Shown: positions 1 through 9,603, numbered from the stretch's first letter. The stretch: 64,000 nucleotides of DNA from Bacteroidota bacterium (GCA_022708465.1 JAKIYQ010000002.1:160-64159); one strand, 5' to 3'. The notes: generated from the letters alone by a model not told the origin. A program made the numbers and translations.

Positions 1-443
1 ATCCTGATGTAGAGGCAATAGCCGGTGTAGCAACAGGTGCAATTGCACAAGGCGCATTAGTAGCCGATGCTTTAGGTTTACCATTTGTATATATTAGATC
101 TGCAAAGAAAGATCATGGTATGGAAAATCTAGTTGAAGGCTATCTACCTGAAGGCAAAAAGGTCGTAGTTGTAGAAGATTTAATATCTACCGGAGGTAGT
201 AGCTTAAAAGCTGTTGAGGCTATCAGGTCTGAGAAAAAATGTGAAGTTTTAGGGATGGTTGCAATCTTTACTTATGGTTTTCCATTAGCACAAGAGCAAT
301 TTGAGAAAGCCGGAGTTGAACTGACTACATTGTCAAATTACGAGGCTGTTCTTAAACATGCATTGGCAACTAATTATATTAATAATAAAGACTTGGCTGC
401 TTTGCAAGAATGGCGGAAAGATCCAAGTGTTTGGCAGGTATAA
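1..443 (+). CDS. pyrE: orotate phosphoribosyltransferase, C-terminal part (5' end outside window)
   Basis: Frame is open from the window edge to TAA 441-443. PRPP-binding loop VVVVEDLISTGGS is typical of type I phosphoribosyltransferases. Confidence 0.85.
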   Translation, partial: PDVEAIAGVATGAIAQGALVADALGLPFVYIRSAKKDHGMENLVEGYLPEGKKVVVVEDLISTGGSSLKAVEAIRSEKKCEVLGMVAIFTYGFPLAQEQFEKAGVELTTLSNYEAVLKHALATNYINNKDLAALQEWRKDPSVWQV

Positions 444-445
444 AA

Positions 446-856
446 ATGACAACATACGAGAGTCAAATTAAATCAATAAATGCATCAGCAGAGGCAATTT
501 TTAATAATCTGTCTGATTTAGAAAAATTGCGACCTGTTGTTGAGCAAGTGCATGATGATAGGATTAAAGATATTAATATAACATCAGATAGTATATATTG
601 CACAATTGATCCTATAGGCGAGATAGGTGTTAAAATGATAGAAACAGAAGCATTTAAAACTATTAAATTTGCATCAGAGAAATCGCCTATTGAATTTAAT
701 ATGTGGATACAATTGGTCGAGAAATCAGAGAATGATACTCGTATGAAGCTAACTATAAAGGCTGATGTGCCATTAATGTTTAAAATGATGCTTAGCGAAC
801 CTTTGTCAAAAGGAATTGATATATTGGCAGAAAATTTATCTAAATTACCATACTAA
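446..856 (+). CDS. SRPBCC-family (polyketide cyclase/dehydrase-like) protein
   Basis: ATG at 446 lies 2 nt after the pyrE stop; the ORF-track start at 410 overlaps pyrE. About 136 aa with no TM segment. The family call is from overall resemblance only. Confidence 0.55.
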   Translation: MTTYESQIKSINASAEAIFNNLSDLEKLRPVVEQVHDDRIKDINITSDSIYCTIDPIGEIGVKMIETEAFKTIKFASEKSPIEFNMWIQLVEKSENDTRMKLTIKADVPLMFKMMLSEPLSKGIDILAENLSKLPY

Positions 857-866
857 ATTTATCAAA

Positions 867-2195
867 ATGGCAAGTAAATTGTGGGATAAGAAAATCCAGC
901 TTGATTCGGATATTGAACGTTACACAATAGGCAAAGATGCCGAAATGGACATGTATCTTGCTCGTTATGATGTATTGGGCTCGATGGCTCATGCAACTAT
1001 GCTTGAAAGTGTTGGGTTGCTGTCTAATGATGATTTACAAGCATTGCTAAAAGGTTTACGTTCGATAAATAAAGAAATCGAAAAAGGTAATTTTAAAATT
1101 GAAGACGGAATTGAGGATATACATTCGCAAGTTGAATTGATGCTTGGCGAAGTAGGTAAGAAATTACATAGTGGACGTTCTAGAAATGATCAGGTACTTG
1201 TTGATTTGAAATTATTTACTCGTGCAAAAATTAAAGAATTAGTAGCTTCTGTAAATGATTTATTTGAGACTCTTATTGCTCAAAGTAATTTGTATAAGGA
1301 TGTGTTGATGCCGGGTTATACACATTTGCAAATAGCAATGCCATCGTCTTTCGGATTATGGTTTGCTGCATATGCAGAGAGTTTGGTAGACGACATGCAA
1401 TTATTGCTTAGTGTATATAAAATTTCTAATAGGAATCCTCTTGGCTCTGCCGCAGGATACGGAAATTCATTCCCCTTAGACAGACAATTGACTACCGATT
1501 TATTAGGCTTTGATAGCATGGATTATAATGTTATTTATGCTCAAATGGGTAGGGGAAAAACAGAACGTATTGTTGCAAATGCATTGGCATCAGTAGCAGC
1601 TACCTTATCAAAATTGGCATTTGATAGTTGTATGTTTACAAGTCAAAACTTTGGATTTATGAAGTTGGCTCCTGAATATACCACAGGTTCAAGTATTATG
1701 CCGCATAAGAAAAATCCTGATGTATTTGAACTTACACGTGCAAAATGTAATAAGATTCAAGGTATTCCTGCACAAATAACACTGATAACTAATAATTTAC
1801 CATCCGGATATTTCCGCGATTTGCAAATAATCAAAGAAATTTACTTACCTATGTTCGATGAAATGATAGATTGTGTTGAGATGGTAAGAAATATGATGGA
1901 GAAAGTAAGTGTGAATAAATCTATTTTGGAGGATTCAAAATACGATTTAATATTTAGCGTTGAAGAAGTTAATCGTCTAACTTTATCCGGGGTACCTTTC
2001 CGTGATGCATATAAACAGGTCGCTTTAGCAATCGAAGATGGTAAGTTTAAACCGAATAAAGAAATTCAACATACACATGCAGGTAGTATAGGAAATTTAT
2101 GTAACGATAAAATTAAATCTTTGATGTCATCTTTATTGACAGAATTTCCTTTCGAACGTGTAGAAAATGCAGAAAAACAATTAATTAAGGATTAG
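867..2195 (+). CDS. argH: argininosuccinate lyase
   Basis: MASKLWDKK N-terminus, GSSIMPHKKNPD fumarate-lyase signature and HSGRSRNDQV motif. ORF-track start 816 trimmed to ATG 867. Confidence 0.93.
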   Translation: MASKLWDKKIQLDSDIERYTIGKDAEMDMYLARYDVLGSMAHATMLESVGLLSNDDLQALLKGLRSINKEIEKGNFKIEDGIEDIHSQVELMLGEVGKKLHSGRSRNDQVLVDLKLFTRAKIKELVASVNDLFETLIAQSNLYKDVLMPGYTHLQIAMPSSFGLWFAAYAESLVDDMQLLLSVYKISNRNPLGSAAGYGNSFPLDRQLTTDLLGFDSMDYNVIYAQMGRGKTERIVANALASVAATLSKLAFDSCMFTSQNFGFMKLAPEYTTGSSIMPHKKNPDVFELTRAKCNKIQGIPAQITLITNNLPSGYFRDLQIIKEIYLPMFDEMIDCVEMVRNMMEKVSVNKSILEDSKYDLIFSVEEVNRLTLSGVPFRDAYKQVALAIEDGKFKPNKEIQHTHAGSIGNLCNDKIKSLMSSLLTEFPFERVENAEKQLIKD

Positions 2196-2197
2196 TC

Positions 2198-2959
2198 ATG
2201 TTATTTCATTCAACGATTTTTGGACCAATTTACAGTCGCAGACTGGGAGTCTCGCTGGGAGTGAATTTAGAGCCTGACAATGGTAAAATTTGTTCGTTTG
2301 ATTGTGTTTATTGCGAATGTGGTTTAAATGAGGATGGTCGTGAGGATACAAAAATTCCGACACGTGCCGAAGTCAAAAAAGCTTTAGAAAACAAACTTGT
2401 TACTTACATTAAAGGTAATGAGCCGACAATTGATAACATAACCTTCGCAGGTAATGGAGAGCCGACTATGCATCCTGATTTTAATGGTATTATAGATGAT
2501 ACTATTGAATTAAGAAATCGTTATACTCCTGAAACCAAAATATCTGTTCTAAGCAATGCTTGGCACTTGTCTCGCAAGGAAGTATTTACTGCTTTATGCA
2601 AAGTAGACAATAATATCTTGAAATTAGATAGCGCAATTGCTGAAACTGTTTCAAAGATCAACAGACCTGTTAATCCTAACTTTAACTTGCAAGAACATAT
2701 AAATAATTTGTCTAAGTTTAATGGAAATTGTACTATTCAAACTTTATTCTTGAGAGGAAATACATGTGATAATACTACTCCTGAAGAAATTAAGGCGTGG
2801 TTGGATGCTTTAAAGATTATTCAGCCTAAAATGGTTCAAATATATAGTTTAGACAGGAAAACTCCGTATGATACATTACAAGCAGTTCCTTTGTCAGAAT
2901 TGAAATCAATAGAGGTAAAGGTACGCAAATTAGGCTTGAACACTTTGGTGGTTGCATGA
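2198..2959 (+). CDS. radical SAM protein (COG0731/TYW1-like small family)
   Basis: CSFDCVYCEC is a CxxxCxxC radical-SAM cluster motif near the N-terminus. 253 aa, starting 2 nt after the argH stop. Confidence 0.75.
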   Translation: MLFHSTIFGPIYSRRLGVSLGVNLEPDNGKICSFDCVYCECGLNEDGREDTKIPTRAEVKKALENKLVTYIKGNEPTIDNITFAGNGEPTMHPDFNGIIDDTIELRNRYTPETKISVLSNAWHLSRKEVFTALCKVDNNILKLDSAIAETVSKINRPVNPNFNLQEHINNLSKFNGNCTIQTLFLRGNTCDNTTPEEIKAWLDALKIIQPKMVQIYSLDRKTPYDTLQAVPLSELKSIEVKVRKLGLNTLVVA

Positions 2960-3912
2960 TACCCAAGAAACGGATATTGGTTTGTCCATTAGATTGGGGA
3001 TTGGGGCATGCAACGAGATGTATTCCATTAATCAACAGCTTTTTATCGCAAGGTGATGAGGTTATTATCGGCTCCTGCGGTTTATCGGGTAATTTACTTA
3101 AGGATGAATTTCCTGATTTGCAACATATAAGTATACCTTCTTTTTCAATTCGTTATTCTGCAGGTAATTCTCAAGTCTTTTCTATGCTACGTGCATTGCC
3201 TTCGATAATTTATTTCTCATTTCGTGAGCATAGTCTTCTAAAATCTATTGTAAAACAATACAAAATAACTGATGTTGTTTCTGATAATCGTTTTGGGATG
3301 TGGTGTAAAGATGCAAAATGCACTTACATAACTCATCAATTATTAGTTCGCATGCCACAAAAATTTAGATGGTTGGAACCTATTGTATCTCGTTTACATC
3401 GCTCAATAATAAACAATTATGATAGTTGTTGGATTCCTGATAATGAAAATATAAGAGAATCATTGTCCGGCGAATTAAGTCATAGTTGTAGATTGCCTAA
3501 AAATGCAAAGTTTATTGGACCTTTGTCGCGTATATCGAAAGAAGGGGCATCTATCGAATCTGATGTTTTAATAATACTATCAGGAATTGAACCGCATCGT
3601 TCAATATTAGAGAAGAAATTATTAGAACGTTATTCAAAGCATCAATCTAAGGTAATACTAGTTGAAGGCATCCCTATGCAAAATAACACTGTAAGAGAAT
3701 TGCCTAATATTACAATATATCCATCGCTTAATTCTGATGTCTTGTCAGAGTACATACGTGGCGCAAAACATATTATTTGTCGTTCCGGATATACTTCAAT
3801 AATGGATATGCATGCTGCAGGGAAATTTGATGTTGTTGAATGGATTCCAACTCCGGGACAGCCTGAGCAGGAATATTTATCCTTGTGGTTAAATGTCAAA
3901 AAGACTCTCTAA
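2956..3912 (+). CDS. glycosyltransferase, MurG/GT28-like (UDP-glycosyltransferase fold)
   Basis: N-terminal ILVCPLDWGLGHATRCIPL glycine-rich loop and C-terminal GYTSIMD region. ATGA start/stop overlap with the radical SAM gene. Confidence 0.65.
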   Translation: MIPKKRILVCPLDWGLGHATRCIPLINSFLSQGDEVIIGSCGLSGNLLKDEFPDLQHISIPSFSIRYSAGNSQVFSMLRALPSIIYFSFREHSLLKSIVKQYKITDVVSDNRFGMWCKDAKCTYITHQLLVRMPQKFRWLEPIVSRLHRSIINNYDSCWIPDNENIRESLSGELSHSCRLPKNAKFIGPLSRISKEGASIESDVLIILSGIEPHRSILEKKLLERYSKHQSKVILVEGIPMQNNTVRELPNITIYPSLNSDVLSEYIRGAKHIICRSGYTSIMDMHAAGKFDVVEWIPTPGQPEQEYLSLWLNVKKTL

Positions 3913-4548
3913 CACAAAAATAGTGTTTAGATTTCCCATAGTTGGAATATGGTGTTTGTAATATTTGAGTAAGCTGTCCATTAGTTGTCGCCTTTCTGCA
4001 TGAGAAAATTGTTCTTCTTTGTTTAATAAGCGAATCAATAATGCTTGTTGCGATTTATCCAATCCGATGTTTATAAATTCGTTTTCTTCTTTATCGGCAG
4101 GGTAAAATCCTAAATAACGAGATAAATCGATTAGAAATTTAAGAGCGAACATAGCATTTTTTGAGCTATTATCTAATTCATTAATGCAACTCTTTATAAA
4201 TCCGAATAGGGCAGTGTCTTTTTCTGACGAATAAATACATTTATCAGTAATTTCTGCTATAAAAAAGCTGATTGATATTTTAATTGGATCGGATAATATA
4301 CCATGATTGATACACGATAATCTTGCTTCTTTGATTCTTTGTAAGTCGCGATGAGGAAGATGCTCAACTTCCATGTCAAGTATGCTTAAAACTTGCATAT
4401 TAGACTGACGTATGCTTGCGCGTTTGCTTTGAGGTGCATACACTAAATAAGAGACCTTACCAAATTCTTCTGTTAATACATGAACAATAGATTGGTTGTC
4501 TCTATATTTAAAAGATTCTAGAACGATGCCTTTAGTTTTGTAAATCAT
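3889..4548 (-). CDS. recO: DNA repair protein RecO
   Basis: N-terminal OB-fold-like MIYKTKGIVLESFKYRDNQSIVHVLTEEFGKVSYL and about 219 aa, typical of RecO. Confidence 0.85.
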   Translation of the reverse strand: MIYKTKGIVLESFKYRDNQSIVHVLTEEFGKVSYLVYAPQSKRASIRQSNMQVLSILDMEVEHLPHRDLQRIKEARLSCINHGILSDPIKISISFFIAEITDKCIYSSEKDTALFGFIKSCINELDNSSKNAMFALKFLIDLSRYLGFYPADKEENEFINIGLDKSQQALLIRLLNKEEQFSHAERRQLMDSLLKYYKHHIPTMGNLNTIFVLESLFDI

Positions 4549-4555
4549 TAAAGAA

Positions 4556-6763
4556 CTATTTTCTTATGATTTTATGAACTTCTGTATTAATACCATCAAT
4601 CAGTCGAAGAATGTAGATTCCTTTAGCGGGTGGCATTTGTACCAATGTGGATTTTCCGAAATTACATAATCTGCCTTGTATGTCAAATAATTCAAAATAT
4701 ACCTCATCGCCGATTTCATTGTTTGTTGATTCCCATTGTATTTTATCTGATGTGGGATTCGGAGAAACCAAAAAATTATTTGAAGCATTATCATTTACAT
4801 TTTGTACAGAACTTATGTCGTCAAAGCAAACAACAGGCTCAATCCACAATGAAGTGTTTGTTGGCATATATGAATGTTCAGTGTATGAGTGCCATCCGTT
4901 ATCATCTTGATAAAATGCGGAATTATTGATTGTTCTATTTTCAACAGCATATATTCCGAAGGAATCAATTTGTGCATACTGAATTTGGCATCCTACAAAA
5001 AATGTTTTTCCAACCTTAATTGGTGTATCAAATTTGATATAATTTTCTTTTTTTGTCAAAGTTACTTTGTCTTTTGTTCCCAATTCACCTCTAACAAAAG
5101 TTAAGTCTTGTGGATGTATCTGTGCACTTCCAATAATATCTTCAGGAACATCAGTTCCATTATATATATTCAAATAAACAGGTGCTGAACTATTATATTT
5201 ACCGATGCAAGGAACTACGTATGCTCCATATAATAATTTATCTTCGTCGAAGCTGAACTTTTCTGCAAATGCAGTATGCTCCAATGAATTATGTCCTGCA
5301 AGTAAACCACTTATACCATTACCGATATATATAATGCTCATTTCGTCTGTATCCGTATAGTTATTCGTACGAGCACATGGATGTGAATTTTCGTATGGGT
5401 CTGCACCATCCATTTGTGTGATTCCTGTGTTATATGGGTCTAACCATATTTTTAGTTGCTTGCTTGCATCTTGATAATAATCCCATGCGTAGGAGATTCG
5501 TGAAAAATAATCTAGTACAGGACTATCGCAGGTAGAATTACCTCCTGTTAATGCTCCTATTATATATCCATTATTATCAAGTAGGGCAGAACCGGAAGAT
5601 CCGGGCTCTGTAGTTCCTTTTTGCCATCTGTTGATTCTCCAAAATGAATTTTGTACCGGATTAAGTATATCGCCATCGAAGGTTGATATAACAGGTGCAT
5701 TAGTAGTCTGACTAATTCGTTTTGTGTCTCCTTGCGGATGTTGAATACAAGTAAGTGGTGGTGTAGGTGATGCTGTCAAATTCCAACCTGCAAGATATGG
5801 ACGATAGTCTTTAGGCGGCATTTGATTTAATTCGAGTAGCGCAAAATCTAAAGTAAAATCTCTCGCAATTACTTCAGAACTTGCCATTGTAAATTCTTCA
5901 GAACCTTGAACTAAGGTGTCTTTTGCAGGTACTTCGTAATTAAAATACCAAATAACATGATGCTCAACGTTCGTTTCGTCAACATTATGTGCAGCCGTAT
6001 AAATGTATGGATGCTTATCAGCGTTATTGATTAAATTTGCTGTACCCCACCAAGCACTTGATGTACCTGTTGCATATAAAATACAAACAGATCTTTTTAT
6101 TGGTTCAGCACCTTCCCATACAGATGTGTGTGGACTGCATCTTTCTGCATAATAGAATTGTCTGACTTTACGTGTTGCGCTTGTGCTTGATTCGAAATTA
6201 TGTACTGCGCTGCCTATCTTTAAACTTCCTTTGAATGCTGCATCCATTGGTTCTTGATACTCGATAACAATAGTATCATTGTCTAAAGGTCTTATTGGAA
6301 GAGTGTTGTGTGAATTGTTGTTTGCAGATGTGAAAGCACCATATACTATAGTTTGTGATGGATTATACAAGAATAGTTTTGCTCCATCCGGAACATTAAA
6401 TTCGCTAAATATTAAGCTTATAGATGCTGCATTAGGAGAATACATACCAACTCTCCAAATATTTGTACCATCTTCTGTTGTGAATGTTGTACCGCTATTG
6501 GTAGGTGATAAATCTACATTACATACTGTACCGGTATATAATACTCTCAGGTTATTCTCAGGCAAGGTCTTATTGGTATCAACAGGTAGTTTGTAGTAAA
6601 AGTTTGTTACTGATTCTGTTGCTACAACTTTTCTTGCTTTCTCTGAAGGTTGTGGATGTTTATAAGGGAGTGGAGATCCTCCTGAAGATATTTGTGCTGA
6701 AACGTTTACGTGTAATAAGCATAACAACAACAATATTGAGTATTTTACTAAATTATTCGACAT
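4556..6763 (-). CDS. secreted trypsin-like serine endopeptidase with T9SS C-terminal sorting domain
   Basis: Signal peptide ending VSAQ. His (AAHNV), Asp (DFALLEL) and Ser (GSSGSALLD) triad contexts. C-terminal about 80 aa (FLVSPNPTSDKI...GIYILRLIDG...) resembles the Por/T9SS CTD. Confidence 0.8.
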   Translation of the reverse strand: MSNNLVKYSILLLLCLLHVNVSAQISSGGSPLPYKHPQPSEKARKVVATESVTNFYYKLPVDTNKTLPENNLRVLYTGTVCNVDLSPTNSGTTFTTEDGTNIWRVGMYSPNAASISLIFSEFNVPDGAKLFLYNPSQTIVYGAFTSANNNSHNTLPIRPLDNDTIVIEYQEPMDAAFKGSLKIGSAVHNFESSTSATRKVRQFYYAERCSPHTSVWEGAEPIKRSVCILYATGTSSAWWGTANLINNADKHPYIYTAAHNVDETNVEHHVIWYFNYEVPAKDTLVQGSEEFTMASSEVIARDFTLDFALLELNQMPPKDYRPYLAGWNLTASPTPPLTCIQHPQGDTKRISQTTNAPVISTFDGDILNPVQNSFWRINRWQKGTTEPGSSGSALLDNNGYIIGALTGGNSTCDSPVLDYFSRISYAWDYYQDASKQLKIWLDPYNTGITQMDGADPYENSHPCARTNNYTDTDEMSIIYIGNGISGLLAGHNSLEHTAFAEKFSFDEDKLLYGAYVVPCIGKYNSSAPVYLNIYNGTDVPEDIIGSAQIHPQDLTFVRGELGTKDKVTLTKKENYIKFDTPIKVGKTFFVGCQIQYAQIDSFGIYAVENRTINNSAFYQDDNGWHSYTEHSYMPTNTSLWIEPVVCFDDISSVQNVNDNASNNFLVSPNPTSDKIQWESTNNEIGDEVYFELFDIQGRLCNFGKSTLVQMPPAKGIYILRLIDGINTEVHKIIRK

Positions 6764-7367
6764 ACGATTTTTTTAATATCAAAATACTTTCGTTTCCCAT
6801 ATTTAGTAATAAGTCAAAGATACTCAAGTTTTCGATAAAATCATATTTTTGTTTAAATATTTGATAATAAGGTTCCTGCTTAAATGTTTTATCTTCTATT
6901 GGTTTTATTAAAACTAAGTTTCGAAAGTCTTTAGAGTATTCTTTTTCGTATTTCTGAGTTCTGCAAAAATCTGTTTTACATCCAATGAGATTGCAAATAC
7001 ATTCTTCCAATTCTTGGTTGAAGTCTGCAAGATACTTGTACTTTTGTGTGTAAAATGGGCGTAGGTCGTCTTCGTAATACTCGAAATACGGACTTGAATT
7101 ATATGCGCTCATAATAGCACCCCAGTGCAATTTTTGCCAAGCTTCATCTGCAATTTTAATATCACGAACGATGCATTTACCATCAGGTTTTTCAACCGGT
7201 ATAGTTAAATCCATTATACCATCTGCAGTTGCTATTTGACATCTATTACGATATGTTTGTCTCAAATAATTATCGTAAACTTCTGTCTCCACTAAATCAA
7301 AATGTGCTATTTTACTGAAATAGTGTATGTTTCCGGCGTATGTAGATGATAAAACAACGGTACTCAT
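6753..7367 (-). CDS. WbqC-family protein
   Basis: About 204 aa with WbqC-like N-terminus (LSSTYAGNIHYFSKI). Sits downstream of lepB as in Bacteroides. Confidence 0.7.
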   Translation of the reverse strand: MSTVVLSSTYAGNIHYFSKIAHFDLVETEVYDNYLRQTYRNRCQIATADGIMDLTIPVEKPDGKCIVRDIKIADEAWQKLHWGAIMSAYNSSPYFEYYEDDLRPFYTQKYKYLADFNQELEECICNLIGCKTDFCRTQKYEKEYSKDFRNLVLIKPIEDKTFKQEPYYQIFKQKYDFIENLSIFDLLLNMGNESILILKKSYVE

Positions 7368-8767
7368 CGTATATTTTCAACTAACGAAAATATTCGTTTC
7401 CAACGTATTGAGTTTATAAAACTTTTGTCTTTGTCTAATGAAAGCCAAATAAAAATAGGCTTACCAACAATGTGGTCTTCAGGAACAAATCCCCAAAAGC
7501 GAGAATCTTCAGAGTTGTGTCTGTTGTCTCCCATCATCCAAAAATAGTTCATCTTGAATGTGTAAGTATTAGATTTTTCACCATTGATATATATCACGCT
7601 GTCTTTAACCTGAAGTTCATTGTTTTCATAGTTGACTATAGCACGTTGATATATAGGTAAATTGTCCATATTCAGACTAATTGTTGCTCCTTTTCTAGGT
7701 ATATATATAGGGCCATAATTGTCTCTTGTCCAATCCTTTTCCGTTTTAGGAAATACTTGATGCGAAAATAAATTAGGCTCAATTTTGACGTCAATTACAT
7801 TAGGTAATTTTTTCGTTGCACTTAATGCAGCTTTTGTAAGAGGAAGATAATAAACAGGATTAAATGCTCCATTCGAATTTCTAGTATATCCAAGATACTC
7901 TAAAATGGCATCACCATTGTTCCATTGATTTATAACATTTCGGTCATCCACGCTAATGCCAAGTTTATCAAATTGCTCTTCAGATATCTTTCTTCCATCA
8001 GTAGCTACAAAATAATTAAATTGTAGACCTTTGGGTTCATATTGTGCTTTGCCATTTATAAATATATGGTTGTCAATGATTTGAAGGCTATCGCCCGGTA
8101 ATCCTACGCAACGTTTTACATAATTCTCGCGCCTATCTACAGGGCGATAAACTATTTCTCCAAAGGTTTCGGTATGTTTTAGTACATTTTCTCTACCAAA
8201 CATTTCGCATAACGTGTAATAGTCAGGATTAGGCTGTAAAGTTGCCACGGTATCTCCTGTAGGGAAGTTGAAAACAACAATATCTAATGCTTTTATCGTA
8301 TCAAATCCGGTAAGTCTTTTATATTCCCAATGGGGACTCTCAATGTATGATTTTAAATTAGTCCCGGGAAATGTATGTTGAACTAAGGGGAATGAAAGCG
8401 GAGTCATAGGTACACGTGGCCCGTAACTAGCCTTACTAACTAACAAAAAATCTCCAACCATCAAAGATTTTTCTAGTGATGAGGATGGAATTCTATAGTT
8501 CTGAAATAAGTATGTGTTTATAAAATATACAGCTATCAATGCAAAAATTATGGCATCCAACCAGCTGCAAATACTATAAAGTGTTTTGTTCTTTATTTTC
8601 TTCCAAAAACTCCAAGGAATTATTTTTGTGATAAATATATCTGCAATAAAAGGTAAAAGCAGCAACCACCAATAATTGCCAACCCAAATAATGAATAATA
8701 TATAGGTGATGCAAGAAATGGCAGCTTTAATCCATTGCTTGGTTTGAATATTTGAAAATTTTTGCAT
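7364..8767 (-). CDS. lepB: signal peptidase I
   Basis: N-terminal TM segments, SLEKSLMVGDFLLVSK (catalytic Ser box) and GDNRHNSEDSRFWGFVP (box E). Confidence 0.9.
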   Translation of the reverse strand: MQKFSNIQTKQWIKAAISCITYILFIIWVGNYWWLLLLPFIADIFITKIIPWSFWKKIKNKTLYSICSWLDAIIFALIAVYFINTYLFQNYRIPSSSLEKSLMVGDFLLVSKASYGPRVPMTPLSFPLVQHTFPGTNLKSYIESPHWEYKRLTGFDTIKALDIVVFNFPTGDTVATLQPNPDYYTLCEMFGRENVLKHTETFGEIVYRPVDRRENYVKRCVGLPGDSLQIIDNHIFINGKAQYEPKGLQFNYFVATDGRKISEEQFDKLGISVDDRNVINQWNNGDAILEYLGYTRNSNGAFNPVYYLPLTKAALSATKKLPNVIDVKIEPNLFSHQVFPKTEKDWTRDNYGPIYIPRKGATISLNMDNLPIYQRAIVNYENNELQVKDSVIYINGEKSNTYTFKMNYFWMMGDNRHNSEDSRFWGFVPEDHIVGKPIFIWLSLDKDKSFINSIRWKRIFSLVENIR

Positions 8768-8778
8768 CGTTTTAGTAT

Positions 8779-9495
8779 TTAAAAATTAAGCATATCTGAC
8801 ATACCCAGGCAACCTTTTTTACGGTATGTAAATTCCGCAGCAACAACTGCACCCAATGCCAAGCCTGCGCGACTTTTTGCGTCATGAGTAATGGTTATAG
8901 AATCTACATCAGACTCATATCTAATTGTATGAATTCCCGGAACTTCTCCTTCGCGTATTGCTTTGATGCCTATTTTGTCGTCTTTGCTTGCTTTGTCAAG
9001 TTCCCATGATGATTTGCGATCTAGATTTTCGATAATACCATCAGCCAATGTAATAGCAGTGCCACTGGGAGCATCCAATTTGTGTATATGATGTGTTTCT
9101 GTTATATCTACTTCATATTCAGTGAATTCGTTCATTATTTTTGCAAGGTACTTGTTCATTGCAAAGAAGATATTTACGCCCAAACTAAAATTTGAAGTCC
9201 AAAAGAAAGCTAAATCTTTTTCCTTGCACCAAGATTTCACTTCTTCCATTCTTGCTGTCCATCCTGTTGTTCCTGATACGACAGATACTCCGGCATTAAA
9301 TGCCCTTCTGTAATTTTCTACGGCTACAGATGGTGCAGTAAATTCAATAGCGATGTCTGCACTTTTAAATTCCTTAGAATCAAAATCTTGTTGGTTATCT
9401 ATGTCAATGTGTGCAACAATCTCGTGTCCACGACTTATTGCTATTTGTTCGATGGTTTTACCCATTTTCCCGTATCCTATCAATGCTATTTTCAT
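8779..9495 (-). CDS. dapB: 4-hydroxy-tetrahydrodipicolinate reductase
   Basis: MKIALIGYGKMG Rossmann start and ETHHIHKLDAPSGTA signature. Confidence 0.92.
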   Translation of the reverse strand: MKIALIGYGKMGKTIEQIAISRGHEIVAHIDIDNQQDFDSKEFKSADIAIEFTAPSVAVENYRRAFNAGVSVVSGTTGWTARMEEVKSWCKEKDLAFFWTSNFSLGVNIFFAMNKYLAKIMNEFTEYEVDITETHHIHKLDAPSGTAITLADGIIENLDRKSSWELDKASKDDKIGIKAIREGEVPGIHTIRYESDVDSITITHDAKSRAGLALGAVVAAEFTYRKKGCLGMSDMLNF

Positions 9496-9522
9496 CTAAA
9501 TCAGAGATTAATGTATAAACTA

Positions 9523-9530
9523 CAAAAATA
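9523..9530 (-). promoter_or_regulatory. Bacteroidota -7 promoter box TATTTTTG (dapB)
   Basis: Minus-strand TATTTTTG matches TAnnTTTG, 28 nt upstream of the dapB ATG. Confidence 0.5.
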
Positions 9531-9579
9531 CAGCAAAGCAGTAAAGTAACCAAATTTATTTAGTTGAATGTGACTTGTG

Positions 9580-9603
9580 AAAATTCAAATAAGAAGTGCG
9601 AAA
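9580..9603 (-). repeat. 24-nt exact repeat copy A (TTTCGCACTTCTTATTTGAATTTT on the minus strand)
   Basis: Identical to 32988..33011 on the plus strand. Both copies lie about 84 nt upstream of a start codon in the same orientation. Confidence 0.9.
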
